DNA from: Anaerolineae bacterium
GTDB taxonomy: Bacteria; Chloroflexota; Anaerolineae; UBA4142
Length of the DNA stretch: 64,000 bases
Reading direction: 5' to 3'
Assembly: GCA_034435055.1 (NCBI GenBank)
Contig: DAOTXS010000097.1
Span: forward strand, 66,864 to 130,863
How positions within the stretch are numbered: the first letter of the stretch is position 1; each line of letters starts with the position of its first letter. The notes beneath the pieces are model-generated. The model worked only from the letters and a program-made list of their open reading frames with translations, had not been told where the DNA came from and made no database searches. Position numbers and translations under genes: made by a program. Positions 42,313 through 51,101 of this stretch are shown here, in pieces.

Positions 42313-43323
42313 TCACCGCACGCGCCGGGTCATTGCGTCCGCAATTTCGCGCAAGCGATCCATCGCCGGGTTATCGATGCCGGTTGCATCGAGCGCGGCG
42401 AGCGCGGCGGCGCGATGTTCGTCCGCACGTTTCTGCGTTTGCTCGCGTGCGCCGATGGCATCGAGGAGCAAGAGCACGCGCGCTACATCGTCCGGCGTCA
42501 GTTGCGGTTTGCTGTAAATCGCTCGTAGCGTCGCGCCGTGTTGCGGATGACTCAAGCCGATGATTGCCGGGAGCGATTTCTTTTTCGTCAGAATATCGGT
42601 TGCCGCCGATTTGCCGGTAACCGATGAATTGCCCCAGATGCCCAGAATGTCGTCGGTCATTTGAAACGCCAAGCCGATATTTTCGCCAAAACGTTCAAAG
42701 GTTTCCAGCAAGCGGTGATCTTGCGTACCGAGCATCGCGCCCAGCCGCGCCGACGACGCAATCAACGCGGCAGTCTTGCCGCGAATCATTTTCAAATATT
42801 CGTCGATGGTGACATCGAGCCGCGCTTCAAAACTGAGATCGAGAAATTGGCCGTGACACAACGCGAGCGTCGTCGCATCGAATTCGTAATTGATGTGCGC
42901 GCACTGATCGATGGCAATGCCTTGTTGCGGCATTTTGTCGAGCGCGAGCCGCGCCAGCATAAACATCCCATCGCCCGCGTTCAATCCTTGCGCCAAGCCC
43001 CACACCTTCCACACCGCCGGACGACCGCGCCGTTCGTCGCTTTGATCTTCGATGTCGTCGTGAATCAGCGAAAAGTTATGCACCAATTCGATAGCGGCGG
43101 CAACCGGCAATGCGCGTTTCCAATCGCCGCAAACCGCTTCGCACGTGAGTAAACAAAGCAACGGACGGACACGTTTACCGGCATCGTTTTTCGTTGGCGC
43201 AAAATTGGCATTCGTCCAACCGAGATGATATTTGAACATGCCATAGTACGGGGCAAATGCCGGCTCCGGCGCATTGACGAGCGAACGCAATTCATTTTCT
43301 AGAGCGGTGAGGTAAGCGTCCAT
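42313..43323 (-). CDS. Polyprenyl diphosphate synthase (GGPP/FPP synthase family)
   Basis: From ATG 43323 it reads 'MDAYLTALENELR'. It has the FARM 'LIHDDIEDQSDERRG' and the SARM 'FQMTDDILG'. The 'MLRFARNDK' extension in the track ORF lies in the MITE-like repeat and is rejected. Confidence 0.9.
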   Translation of the reverse strand: MDAYLTALENELRSLVNAPEPAFAPYYGMFKYHLGWTNANFAPTKNDAGKRVRPLLCLLTCEAVCGDWKRALPVAAAIELVHNFSLIHDDIEDQSDERRGRPAVWKVWGLAQGLNAGDGMFMLARLALDKMPQQGIAIDQCAHINYEFDATTLALCHGQFLDLSFEARLDVTIDEYLKMIRGKTAALIASSARLGAMLGTQDHRLLETFERFGENIGLAFQMTDDILGIWGNSSVTGKSAATDILTKKKSLPAIIGLSHPQHGATLRAIYSKPQLTPDDVARVLLLLDAIGAREQTQKRADEHRAAALAALDATGIDNPAMDRLREIADAMTRRVR

Positions 43324-43338
43324 TAACCAATCCCGTTT

Positions 43339-43427
43339 GTCATTACGAGCGAAGCGAAGCAATCTCTCAAGAGACTTTTGAGACGCGTACGCGGCTTCGT
43401 CGGCGCAAACTGCCTCCTCGCAATGAC
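43339..43427. mobile_element. MITE-like palindromic element GTCATTACGAG...CTCGCAATGAC, intergenic
   Basis: gtcattacgagcgaagcgaagcaatctctcaagagacttttgagacgcgtacgcggcttcgtcggcgcaaactgcctcctcgcaatgac. It lies between the fni stop and the polyprenyl synthase start. Confidence 0.75.
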
Positions 43428-43435
43428 AATTAAAG

Positions 43436-44473
43436 TCATACTTTCTTCAGGTGTTTTGTTTCTCTCAACGCATCTAAATTCTCTGCACCGATGCCGAACA
43501 TTGCCACGCGGATTTGTTCCTCGATCATTTTGATGCCTTCGATCACATCTTCCGCGCCGCGATCCGCAAGCCGCAACATCGGTGAAGCGAAGCCAACCAG
43601 CCGCGCGCCGAGCGCGATACACTTGGCGGCATCGACGCCGTCTTTGATTCCACCGCTTGCAATCAACGGCAAGCCCGGCGCGCCGCGTTGCGCGTGTTCC
43701 AAACTTTCGGTGGTGGGCAAACCCCAATCCCAAAACGCCAGCGCTAGTTCGCGCAAAAACGCCGACGGTGCGCGGTACGCTTCAACTGCCGCCCACGACG
43801 TACCGCCCGCGCCGGCAACATCGATTGCCGCGACGCCGGCGTTGGCTAATTGCCGCGCCGTCTCTTCCGAAATGCCAAAGCCCACTTCTTTGGCGATGAC
43901 CGGCGTCGTCAGCGCGCGGCACACTTTTTCGATCTGGTTCAGCAAACCGCGCCAATTCACATTGCCGCCGGCTTGTACCGCTTCTTGAATCGAGTTGAGG
44001 TGGAGGATCAACGCATCGGCGCGAATCATTTCCACCGCGCGGCGGCAATGGTCGACGGTATAATTGTAGTTGAGTTGAATCGCGCCGAGATTGGCGAACA
44101 ACAAAATATCGGGCGCGACGCGGCGCACCTGGTACGTGTACGCGAGCGATTCATCTTCGATTGCCGCGCGTTGCGAGCCAAGTCCCATCGCAATGCCGGT
44201 CGCTTGCGCCGCGCTTGCCAGTGTCAAGTTGATGCGTTCGGCTTCGTGCGCGCCGCCGGTCATCGATGAAATCAAAATGGGCGCGCGCAATTTTTTGCCG
44301 AATAACGTCGTCGCCAGCGAAATGTCGCTCAGGTTGATTTCGGGAAGTGCTTGATGCACAAAGCGATAACGTTCCAACCCGGTCTTGGTCTGCTTGAATT
44401 GAACATCCTCGGTCAGGTTGATGCGAAGATGCTCCAGTTTGCGATTTTCGTGAGTGGTTTCGTCAGGGGACAT
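43436..44473 (-). CDS. fni: Type 2 (FMN-dependent) isopentenyl-diphosphate delta-isomerase
   Basis: It contains 'RKLEHLRI', '[11 protein letters not shown]', 'QLNY', and the C-terminal '[19 protein letters not shown]'. Confidence 0.92.
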   Translation of the reverse strand: MSPDETTHENRKLEHLRINLTEDVQFKQTKTGLERYRFVHQALPEINLSDISLATTLFGKKLRAPILISSMTGGAHEAERINLTLASAAQATGIAMGLGSQRAAIEDESLAYTYQVRRVAPDILLFANLGAIQLNYNYTVDHCRRAVEMIRADALILHLNSIQEAVQAGGNVNWRGLLNQIEKVCRALTTPVIAKEVGFGISEETARQLANAGVAAIDVAGAGGTSWAAVEAYRAPSAFLRELALAFWDWGLPTTESLEHAQRGAPGLPLIASGGIKDGVDAAKCIALGARLVGFASPMLRLADRGAEDVIEGIKMIEEQIRVAMFGIGAENLDALRETKHLKKV

Positions 44474-44558
44474 GAAATCCTTTGCGTCGAGCGTAACCGA
44501 TTGCCCAGCGTGGTGTTAAAGTGTGCAAACGCAGACGAATTATAGCACAAGTGAGAGG

Positions 44559-44587
44559 TTGACGCACGAGCCAATTCCGCATATACT
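44559..44587 (+). promoter_or_regulatory. Candidate acpP promoter (TTGACG-17-TATACT)
   Basis: Hexamers at 44559-44564 and 44582-44587, about 58 nt upstream of the acpP ATG. Confidence 0.5.
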
Positions 44588-44644
44588 TGGCGCGGTTGAC
44601 GAGCTCATCTTTCGTCTGCAGATTATTTCACAGGAGGGGATCCG

Positions 44645-44884
44645 ATGGATCAGCAGGTTTTTGAACAGGTTAAAGCAATTATTGTAGACAAACTCGGCGT
44701 CGATGCCAGCAAAGTCAAACCCGAGGCACGGTTTCGTGAAGATTTGGAGGCGGACTCGCTCGATCTCGTCGAATTGATTATGGAATTTGAAGAAAAATTC
44801 GGCGGCGAGATTTCTGACGAAGAAGCGCAGAAAATCACAACGGTCGGCGAAGCTGTGGCATATCTAGAATCTGCCAAAAAATAA
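44645..44884 (+). CDS. acpP: Acyl carrier protein
   Basis: 79 aa, with the phosphopantetheine site '[20 protein letters not shown]'. Confidence 0.95.
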   Translation: MDQQVFEQVKAIIVDKLGVDASKVKPEARFREDLEADSLDLVELIMEFEEKFGGEISDEEAQKITTVGEAVAYLESAKK

Positions 44885-44921
44885 TTAGACTGCCGCTTCG
44901 CGCACGAGCAAAGCAATCGAT

Positions 44922-44948
44922 GGGAACGCTGTCGCGCGTTCCCTTTTT
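44922..44948 (+). terminator. Rho-independent terminator
   Basis: GGGAACGC tgtcgc GCGTTCCC followed by TTTTT. Confidence 0.8.
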
Positions 44949-44957
44949 GTTGCAACG

Positions 44958-45629
44958 ATGAAAATTCTCGACAACGGTTTACCCCTTTTCCCTTTGAATA
45001 CAGTTTTGTTTCCGCACGCGCGATTGCCGCTGCATATTTTCGAACCGCGCTACCGGGAAATGATCGCGCGTTGTATCGATGACGATCTGGCGTTCGGTGT
45101 TCTACTGATCAAAGAAGGCGTCGAAGTAGGCGGGCTAGCGATTCCGCACCCGGTGGGTACCCTCGCGCAGATCACCAATCTCACGCACTTGCCCGATGGT
45201 CGAATGAATTTGACCGCGCTCGGCGTAACGCGTTTTCGATTACTGGAACAATTCGATGCTCACGCGTACGCGACGGGACGCATCGTGTTGTTGCCGGACG
45301 AACACGTCGATGAAACGCAGACGCAACCGGTTGCGGCGGACGTGCGGCGCTGGTTCACCGAGTACGTGCGCGCGATTCGCCAAGTGAGCGAACCCGACCG
45401 CGTTGCAACCGCGTTCAATCTACCCGACGACTCAACGGCGCTTTCGTACATCGTCGCCGCCGTGTTGCCAATCACCGCGTTGGAAAAACAAATGTTGCTG
45501 GAAATTCAAACGACGCACGAACGCTTGCAACGCGAGTTGAATTTGTTGCGGCGCGAGATCGAGTTGCTGAAAACGATGCTGGAAAAATTGCCGCGCCTGC
45601 CCGACCAGGGATTATTTTCGCTGAATTGA
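44958..45629 (+). CDS. LON substrate-binding (LonN) domain protein
   Basis: It begins 'LPLFPLNTVLFPHARLPLHIFEPRYREMI', the classic Lon N-terminal domain start. There is no ATPase or protease part. Confidence 0.85.
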   Translation: MKILDNGLPLFPLNTVLFPHARLPLHIFEPRYREMIARCIDDDLAFGVLLIKEGVEVGGLAIPHPVGTLAQITNLTHLPDGRMNLTALGVTRFRLLEQFDAHAYATGRIVLLPDEHVDETQTQPVAADVRRWFTEYVRAIRQVSEPDRVATAFNLPDDSTALSYIVAAVLPITALEKQMLLEIQTTHERLQRELNLLRREIELLKTMLEKLPRLPDQGLFSLN

Positions 45630-45630
45630 G

Positions 45631-46329
45631 ATGATCGAATTCTTACCTCGCGTGAGTGCAGTGATTCTCGCCGGCGGAAAAAGCCGGCGGATGGGGCGCG
45701 ATAAATCGTTTCTCGAATTTGACGGCAAACCGCTGATCAGTCGTGTGATCGAGCAAGCCGGCAAAGTTTGCGCCGAGACCATCATCGTAGCGAACGATGT
45801 TGAATTGTACCGACAGTTTGGCTTGCGTGTGGTGAGCGATGTTTTCCCCCACAAAGGTTCGCTGGGGGGATTATATTCCGGCTTGCTTGCCGCGCAAGAC
45901 GAGAATGTTTTGGCACTGGCGTGTGATATGCCTTTTCTCAATCCAGACCTGATCCGGTATATGATTTCGATCAAGTCAGAGTACGATGTGGTTATTCCAC
46001 GCGCGCGTGGACTCTCTGGGCACACGCCGCGTTCATCGAGCGAACGCAAACCGCGCGTGGATACTATCCCGCCACGCCCGGATCAAATGCTGGCGAAAGA
46101 AGCCGACCTCCATCCGTTACACGCGATTTATTCCAAACGCTGTTTGCCCATCATCGCCGAACGTCTCCGGGTTGACGATCTCCGCTTGATCAGTATTTTG
46201 CCAGATGTAAAAACCCGCATTGTAGAGGTCGCTGAAATTGATCGATTCGATCCCAAACACATTTCATTTTTCAACGCAAATACACCGGCAGATTTTGAAA
46301 TCGCCCAACGGTTGATGACCGATGTTTGA
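45631..46329 (+). CDS. mobA: Molybdenum cofactor guanylyltransferase MobA (with a ~30-aa internal insertion)
   Basis: It contains 'AVILAGGKSRRMGRDKSFLEFDGKPLI' and 'LACDMPFL'. At 232 aa it is longer than typical MobA proteins, because of the segment ARGLSGHTPRSSSERKPRVDTIPPRPDQ. Confidence 0.85.
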   Translation: MIEFLPRVSAVILAGGKSRRMGRDKSFLEFDGKPLISRVIEQAGKVCAETIIVANDVELYRQFGLRVVSDVFPHKGSLGGLYSGLLAAQDENVLALACDMPFLNPDLIRYMISIKSEYDVVIPRARGLSGHTPRSSSERKPRVDTIPPRPDQMLAKEADLHPLHAIYSKRCLPIIAERLRVDDLRLISILPDVKTRIVEVAEIDRFDPKHISFFNANTPADFEIAQRLMTDV

Positions 46330-47173
46330 AGCCAAAGCATCCGTACGGATTTATCGTGTAACCGAAAAAAGCCGCCAAGCCGTCGACGGGGTCATCATTG
46401 GCGAGAGTCAATGTGGATTGTTTGTCAACGGCATCGAAGTGGTTACGTTCATGGCGACGGTGCGCAATTTGCATCACCTCGCGCTCGGTTTTCTCGCATC
46501 GGAAAAATTGATTAGTGGCTTGAATGACGTTGCATCGATTCGCGTTCACGAGGCGGCAGATCAAGTGTATTGGTACATTCCATCGTTGGGTGTCAACGAA
46601 GTTCGACACATCGCGCCGTGCGAAGGCGGCGTGGGCGCAATCGAAGTGCGTCTCACGCACAATGCTTTTCGCCTGCCGCCGCATCGTACGTTGACGAGTG
46701 GCTGCGGCGGCGGTGTAACATTCGACGATTTGTCGCAAGCGCAAACGCCGCTCGATTCCAACCGCACAATCCGCGCCGCGCAGATTTTTGCGATGATGCG
46801 CGAGTTGAATCATCGCGCCACGTTGTACCGCGAATGTCGCGGCGTGCATACTTCTGCGCTTACCGACGGCGCGCAGTTGCTTGCGCTCGCCGAAGATGTG
46901 GGGCGCCACAACACACTCGACAAGATTCGCGGCGATTGCATGATGCGTGGCGTGAACACGCACGATACGATGCTCATTACCACCGGACGCATTTCATCGG
47001 AGATGATCACCAAAGCCGCCAAGATGCGCGTGCCGATTGTCGTTTCGCGCACCTCGCCGACGCATTTGGCGATGCAATTGGCGCGCGCGTGGAATATCGC
47101 GCTGGTTGGTTATGCGCGTGGCGGCGAGATGCAAGTGTATACCGGGATTGAAAGAATTATTGTAGACGGATGA
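46322..47173 (+). CDS. fdhD: FdhD-family sulfurtransferase (formate dehydrogenase/molybdoenzyme accessory protein)
   Basis: It contains 'LFVNGIEVVTFMATVRNLHHLALGFLASEKLI', 'TSGCGGG', 'GVHTSAL' and 'EDVGRHNTLDKIRG'. Confidence 0.9.
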   Translation: MFEAKASVRIYRVTEKSRQAVDGVIIGESQCGLFVNGIEVVTFMATVRNLHHLALGFLASEKLISGLNDVASIRVHEAADQVYWYIPSLGVNEVRHIAPCEGGVGAIEVRLTHNAFRLPPHRTLTSGCGGGVTFDDLSQAQTPLDSNRTIRAAQIFAMMRELNHRATLYRECRGVHTSALTDGAQLLALAEDVGRHNTLDKIRGDCMMRGVNTHDTMLITTGRISSEMITKAAKMRVPIVVSRTSPTHLAMQLARAWNIALVGYARGGEMQVYTGIERIIVDG

Positions 47174-47225
47174 CCGGAGACGGAAGACCGGGCATAACGG
47201 TCATCCGTCGCCGGTCTTCGGTCGA
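47165..47225. repeat. Heptamer-periodic hairpin repeat (GACGGAA/GACCGGN arm vs CGGTCNT arm) at the fdhD stop
   Basis: The sequence is gacggat gaccgga gacggaa gaccggg cataa cggtcat ccgtcgc cggtctt cggtcga. This forms a ~26-bp stem with 4 mismatches. The fdhD stop codon (47171-47173) lies inside the left arm. Confidence 0.85.
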
Positions 47226-47238
47226 AAGAGGTTTTTGA

Positions 47239-48501
47239 ATGATTTCAGTTGAAGAAGCCTTGGCGTACATTCTCAAACATTTTCAACCGCTCGAACCTGA
47301 ACGTGTGTCATTACTTGAATCGTTGGATCGCGTCTTGACTGAAGATATTGTGTCGGACATTAATGTGCCGCCGTTTGCCAATTCCGCGATGGACGGCTAC
47401 GCAGTCCGCGCAGAAGATGTTGCGAACGCAACCACAGAAAATCCGATTCGCTTGCGTGTCATCGGCGAGGTGGCGGCGGGGTACACTTCGCAACTCAAAG
47501 TTGAGCCCGGCACGGCAATGCGGATTATGACTGGCGCGCCGATGCCGGCGGGGTCGGACGCGGTGGTGCGATTCGAAGAAACTTCGGAAGGCACGGCGGC
47601 AAAGGGTGAAGGAAAAAAACGTGAGCAAGTCTCGATTTTGAAATCGGTCAAGCGCGGCGATAATATGCGTAACGCCGGCGAAGATGTTCGCATCGGCGAA
47701 GTTGTTTTTCCAAAAGGCACAGTTGTGCGCGCGGCGGAGATTGGCGTGATGGCGTCGTTGGGCAAAAAATTCGTGAATGTGCATCGACGTCCGCGCGTGG
47801 CGATTCTAGCGACCGGTGATGAACTTGTCGCTATCGATGAGCCGATTACGCCGGGCAAGATTCGCAACTCGAACGAGTACTCGAACGCGGCGGCGGTTCT
47901 CAAAGCCGGCGGCATTCCGATTCAACTCGGCATCGCCCGCGACAACATCGACGACTTGACATCAAAAATCCGTGCGGGACTGGACGCCAATGTCGATTTG
48001 TTTCTCACGAGCGCGGGTGTCTCCGTCGGCGATTACGATATCGTCAAAGAGGTGTTGAACGCGGAAGGCGAAATGCACTTTTGGCAAGTGCGAATGAAGC
48101 CGGGCAAACCATTGGCGTTTGGCATCTTGCGCGCGCGCAGCGAAAAGAATGTGCCATTGCTTGGCTTGCCCGGCAATCCGGTCAGCGCGATGATTTCGTT
48201 TGAAGTGTTTGCGCGCCGCGCGATTTTGACGATGCTTGGCAAAACAAAATTCGATCGTCCGACGGTGCGCGCCGAGTTGCTCGAAGATATCAAGAACGAT
48301 GCGCAACGGCGCAACTTTATTCGCGTTGTCGTCGAGAAACGCGGCAGTGGTTACGTTGCTCGTTCCACCGGCGAACAAGGTTCCGGCATTCTCACTTCGG
48401 TCGCGCGCGCGAACGGCTTGGTGGTCGTGTCGGAAGATGTGCCGTACGTTCGCAAAGGTGAGACGGTCGAGGTGCAGATGCTCGATATGCCAGAATGGTG
48501 A
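47239..48501 (+). CDS. moeA: Molybdopterin molybdenumtransferase MoeA
   Basis: It contains 'PPFANSAMDGYAVRAEDV', 'RIMTGAPMPAGSDAVV' and 'GLPGNPVSAMISFEVF'. Confidence 0.93.
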   Translation: MISVEEALAYILKHFQPLEPERVSLLESLDRVLTEDIVSDINVPPFANSAMDGYAVRAEDVANATTENPIRLRVIGEVAAGYTSQLKVEPGTAMRIMTGAPMPAGSDAVVRFEETSEGTAAKGEGKKREQVSILKSVKRGDNMRNAGEDVRIGEVVFPKGTVVRAAEIGVMASLGKKFVNVHRRPRVAILATGDELVAIDEPITPGKIRNSNEYSNAAAVLKAGGIPIQLGIARDNIDDLTSKIRAGLDANVDLFLTSAGVSVGDYDIVKEVLNAEGEMHFWQVRMKPGKPLAFGILRARSEKNVPLLGLPGNPVSAMISFEVFARRAILTMLGKTKFDRPTVRAELLEDIKNDAQRRNFIRVVVEKRGSGYVARSTGEQGSGILTSVARANGLVVVSEDVPYVRKGETVEVQMLDMPEW

Positions 48502-48510
48502 ACCAAAGTT

Positions 48511-48539
48511 TTGACTTTTCGGATGCATCGCAATATAAT
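48511..48539 (+). promoter_or_regulatory. Consensus sigma70-type promoter (TTGACT-17-TATAAT)
   Basis: Hexamers at 48511-48516 and 48534-48539 with exactly 17 nt between them. Confidence 0.6.
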
Positions 48540-48598
48540 AAATACGGATTATCAATATGAGCGACGATGCTTATAACCTAGTCCGGGGGTCGTGATCG

Positions 48599-48626
48599 CC
48601 TCTCTCGAAAGTTGGGAGAGGTTTTT
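48599..48626 (+). terminator. Rho-independent terminator / attenuator ~60 nt downstream of the consensus promoter
   Basis: CCTCTC tcgaaagttgg GAGAGG followed by TTTTT. It lies upstream of the kinase ATG at 48676. Confidence 0.55.
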
Positions 48627-48675
48627 GCTTTCTATTCTTTGGCATGGTATTTGTTCGATTACTCGGCAAATCGAT

Positions 48676-50208
48676 ATGCTTTACTTGATCACTCGTTACG
48701 TTGACAAATTTCGCCATTGGCAAGCGTCTTTCAATTGGGGTTTGCGTTTCAAGCTCGTCCTCTTAATTGCCATTGTATCCTTCTTCAGTGTTCTGGCTTC
48801 GTCCGCGTTAATTCTCACACTCCAAAAACAACAACTTGAAGATAGTGCCATGCAATCGACTACACGATTGAGCGATGCGATCAATGCGAGTTTGGAGCAG
48901 GCAATGCTTCGCGACGATCGTCCGATGATTAGGCAGATTGTTCAGACATTGGTGGACAAACAGAACGTTGAGCACATTCGAATTTTGGACAGACAGGGAA
49001 TTGTGCATATTAGTTCTCAGCCAACCGAAGTTGGCGTGCGGTTCGATTATTCTCAGGCGTTATGCCAATTTTGCCATACCGACGGCACGCGCCCTAGCAA
49101 TCAAACAACGATGACTGAAATGAGCGATGGACGTACCGCTTTGCTCAATGTTACGATGATCTACAATCAACCGCAATGCCAGAGTTGCCATGACGCTCAA
49201 CGTCGCATTCTTGGGTTGACAATGATCGAGATGTCATTGGGCGATTTGAATAATCAGGTGGCGTCGGGTTTTTGGCGGATTGTACTGTCATCGTTGGTAT
49301 CGCTGGCTTTGTTGATCGTCCTAATGATTATTGCCTTGCGAAAATTGATTATCAAACCGATCGACGAATTGACGCGCGGGATGACGGAGATTCGTGCGGG
49401 TAATCTTGATTGCGCGCTTCAAGTTTCAACGCGCGATGAATTTGGCAAGTTAGCTGACACCTTCGACGATATGCGCCGGCAATTAAAGTCGTCGCGCAGT
49501 GAAAACGTTGAACTGTACAAGCGGGTGCGCTCGCTGGCAATCTTGGAAGAGCGCGACCGTTTGGCGCGCGAGATGCACGACAATCTGGCGCAGATGCTTG
49601 GCTACATCAATTTCAAACTAGCGGTTACTGACGAGCTACTGGCCAAACCAGAACTCGCGCAAGCGCGTGCCAACCTGATCGAAATTAAGCGAGTTGCCAA
49701 AGAAGCATTCACCGATGTGCGCGAGGCGATTTTCAATCTTCGTCAAACAGCGCCGATTGGAGACGGGTTGATTTCGATGTTGCGAGGGTATCTGGACGAA
49801 TACCAAGCGCATTATGGCATTGAGACGGATTTTTGGATCGAGGATCTACGATTGGTGGAGTTTCCCGAGGAAGTTCAGTTGCAAATAAATCGGATCGTTC
49901 AAGAGGCACTGACGAATGTGCGCAAGCACGCACGCGCCAGCCGGGTGTCGGTTCGGATCGAGCACGTGGATCATCATGTTCAAATCGGAATTGGTGATAA
50001 CGGCACTGGATTTGACGCGATCAAATTGAGCCAAGACGGTGTGCAACATTACGGCTTGCAAATTATGCGCGAACGTGCGGCGAGTGTGGGTGGTGATTTG
50101 GAAATAAATTCTCAGCCCGGCGCCGGCACGCGCATCATTCTGCGAGTTCCACTTTATCCGGTATTTGAGGACCCTCATGAAAATATTACGCGTACTATTA
50201 GCGGATGA
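48676..50208 (+). CDS. NarX/LiaS-class sensor histidine kinase (HAMP + HisKA_3 + HATPase_c) with an extracytoplasmic domain carrying two CxxCH motifs
   Basis: The extracytoplasmic domain lies between TM1 (LVLLIAIVSFFSVLASSALIL) and TM2 (FWRIVLSSLVSLALLIVLMIIAL). It contains 'CQFCH' (49063-49077) and 'CQSCH' (49177-49191). The HAMP region is 'IKPIDELTRGMTEIRAGNL', the H-box is 'ERDRLAREMHDNLAQ', and the G-boxes are 'DNGTGF' and 'GLQIMRERA'. Confidence 0.85.
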   Translation: MLYLITRYVDKFRHWQASFNWGLRFKLVLLIAIVSFFSVLASSALILTLQKQQLEDSAMQSTTRLSDAINASLEQAMLRDDRPMIRQIVQTLVDKQNVEHIRILDRQGIVHISSQPTEVGVRFDYSQALCQFCHTDGTRPSNQTTMTEMSDGRTALLNVTMIYNQPQCQSCHDAQRRILGLTMIEMSLGDLNNQVASGFWRIVLSSLVSLALLIVLMIIALRKLIIKPIDELTRGMTEIRAGNLDCALQVSTRDEFGKLADTFDDMRRQLKSSRSENVELYKRVRSLAILEERDRLAREMHDNLAQMLGYINFKLAVTDELLAKPELAQARANLIEIKRVAKEAFTDVREAIFNLRQTAPIGDGLISMLRGYLDEYQAHYGIETDFWIEDLRLVEFPEEVQLQINRIVQEALTNVRKHARASRVSVRIEHVDHHVQIGIGDNGTGFDAIKLSQDGVQHYGLQIMRERAASVGGDLEINSQPGAGTRIILRVPLYPVFEDPHENITRTISG

Positions 50209-50839
50209 TCACGTCTTGTTCCGCAAAGGCGTCGCCGCGGTGTTGGCTTCTCGCCCCGATTTGAAAGTGGTTGGTGAGGCGGGCAATGGTGCGGAGGCGT
50301 GCGAACGGGCGCTTGAACACGTGCCGGACGTCATCTTGATGGATGTCAATATGCCAGAAATGACCGGGCTGGAGGCGGTCAAGCGTATCAAGGCAGAAAT
50401 GCCGCATGTGCGGATCATTATGCTCACCGTTTCGGATAATGATCGTGATTTATTTACGGCGATTAAGAATGGTGCAGATGGCTATCTCCTGAAAAACCTC
50501 GAACCGGGAGAACTTTTCGAAATGTTGGATTGTTTGCGTCGTGGCGAAGCACCGGTTTCGGGAAATTTGGCGGTGAAAATTCTGAATGAGTTCCGTCAAC
50601 CCAGTAAAAGTATCGAGCCCACCGGCACGCGGAATGGATTATCGGCACGAGAGGTTGAGGTGCTGGAGTTGATCGTGCAAGGCAAGACAAACAAAGAGAT
50701 CGCGGCGGCGTTGTCGATTGCCGAAGACACAGTCAAGATTCACTTGCGCAATATTCTCGAAAAACTGCATTTGCACAATCGGATTCAAGCCGCCGTCTAC
50801 GCCGTGCGGCAAGGATTGGTGTCCGAGACAGGCAAGTAA
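50177..50839 (+). CDS. NarL/FixJ-family response regulator (REC + LuxR-type HTH)
   Basis: It contains 'KILRVLLADDHVLFRKG', 'PDVILMDVNMPEMTG', 'IIMLTVSD', and the HTH 'LSAREVEVLELIVQGKTNKEIAAALSIAEDTVKIHLRNIL'. Confidence 0.93.
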   Translation: MKILRVLLADDHVLFRKGVAAVLASRPDLKVVGEAGNGAEACERALEHVPDVILMDVNMPEMTGLEAVKRIKAEMPHVRIIMLTVSDNDRDLFTAIKNGADGYLLKNLEPGELFEMLDCLRRGEAPVSGNLAVKILNEFRQPSKSIEPTGTRNGLSAREVEVLELIVQGKTNKEIAAALSIAEDTVKIHLRNILEKLHLHNRIQAAVYAVRQGLVSETGK

Positions 50840-50876
50840 TCCAATTGGGTGATCGAGAAAGTGAGCAGGATAACTC

Positions 50877-50915
50877 AACCGGGCTATTGGAAAAATAGCC
50901 CGGTTTTTTATTTTT
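50877..50915 (+). terminator. Rho-independent terminator
   Basis: Perfect 12-bp stem AACCGGGCTATT ggaaa AATAGCCCGGTT followed by TTTTATTTTT. Confidence 0.85.
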
Positions 50916-51005
50916 AATCGCTGGGTAGAGTATAGGCAAATAAGTTAGGTTGATGGATAATTAAGACAGAGTTGATTCGCAGGTGAATATCCGCCTCGGG
51001 TATTT

Positions 51006-51034
51006 GCCCGGGGACGAGGGTCAAGTTCCCCGGC
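51006..51034. repeat. Inverted repeat GCCCGGGGA-N12-TCCCCGGC upstream of the AOR operon (candidate operator or leader hairpin)
   Basis: Read directly from the sequence, about 70 nt upstream of the first ORF of the operon. Confidence 0.3.
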
Positions 51035-51101
51035 ATTGCTTAATTGCGATGTCGGGGGACTGCTTCGTTTTCGTTTTTTGCGTATGGGCGATGGTAATCG
51101 T

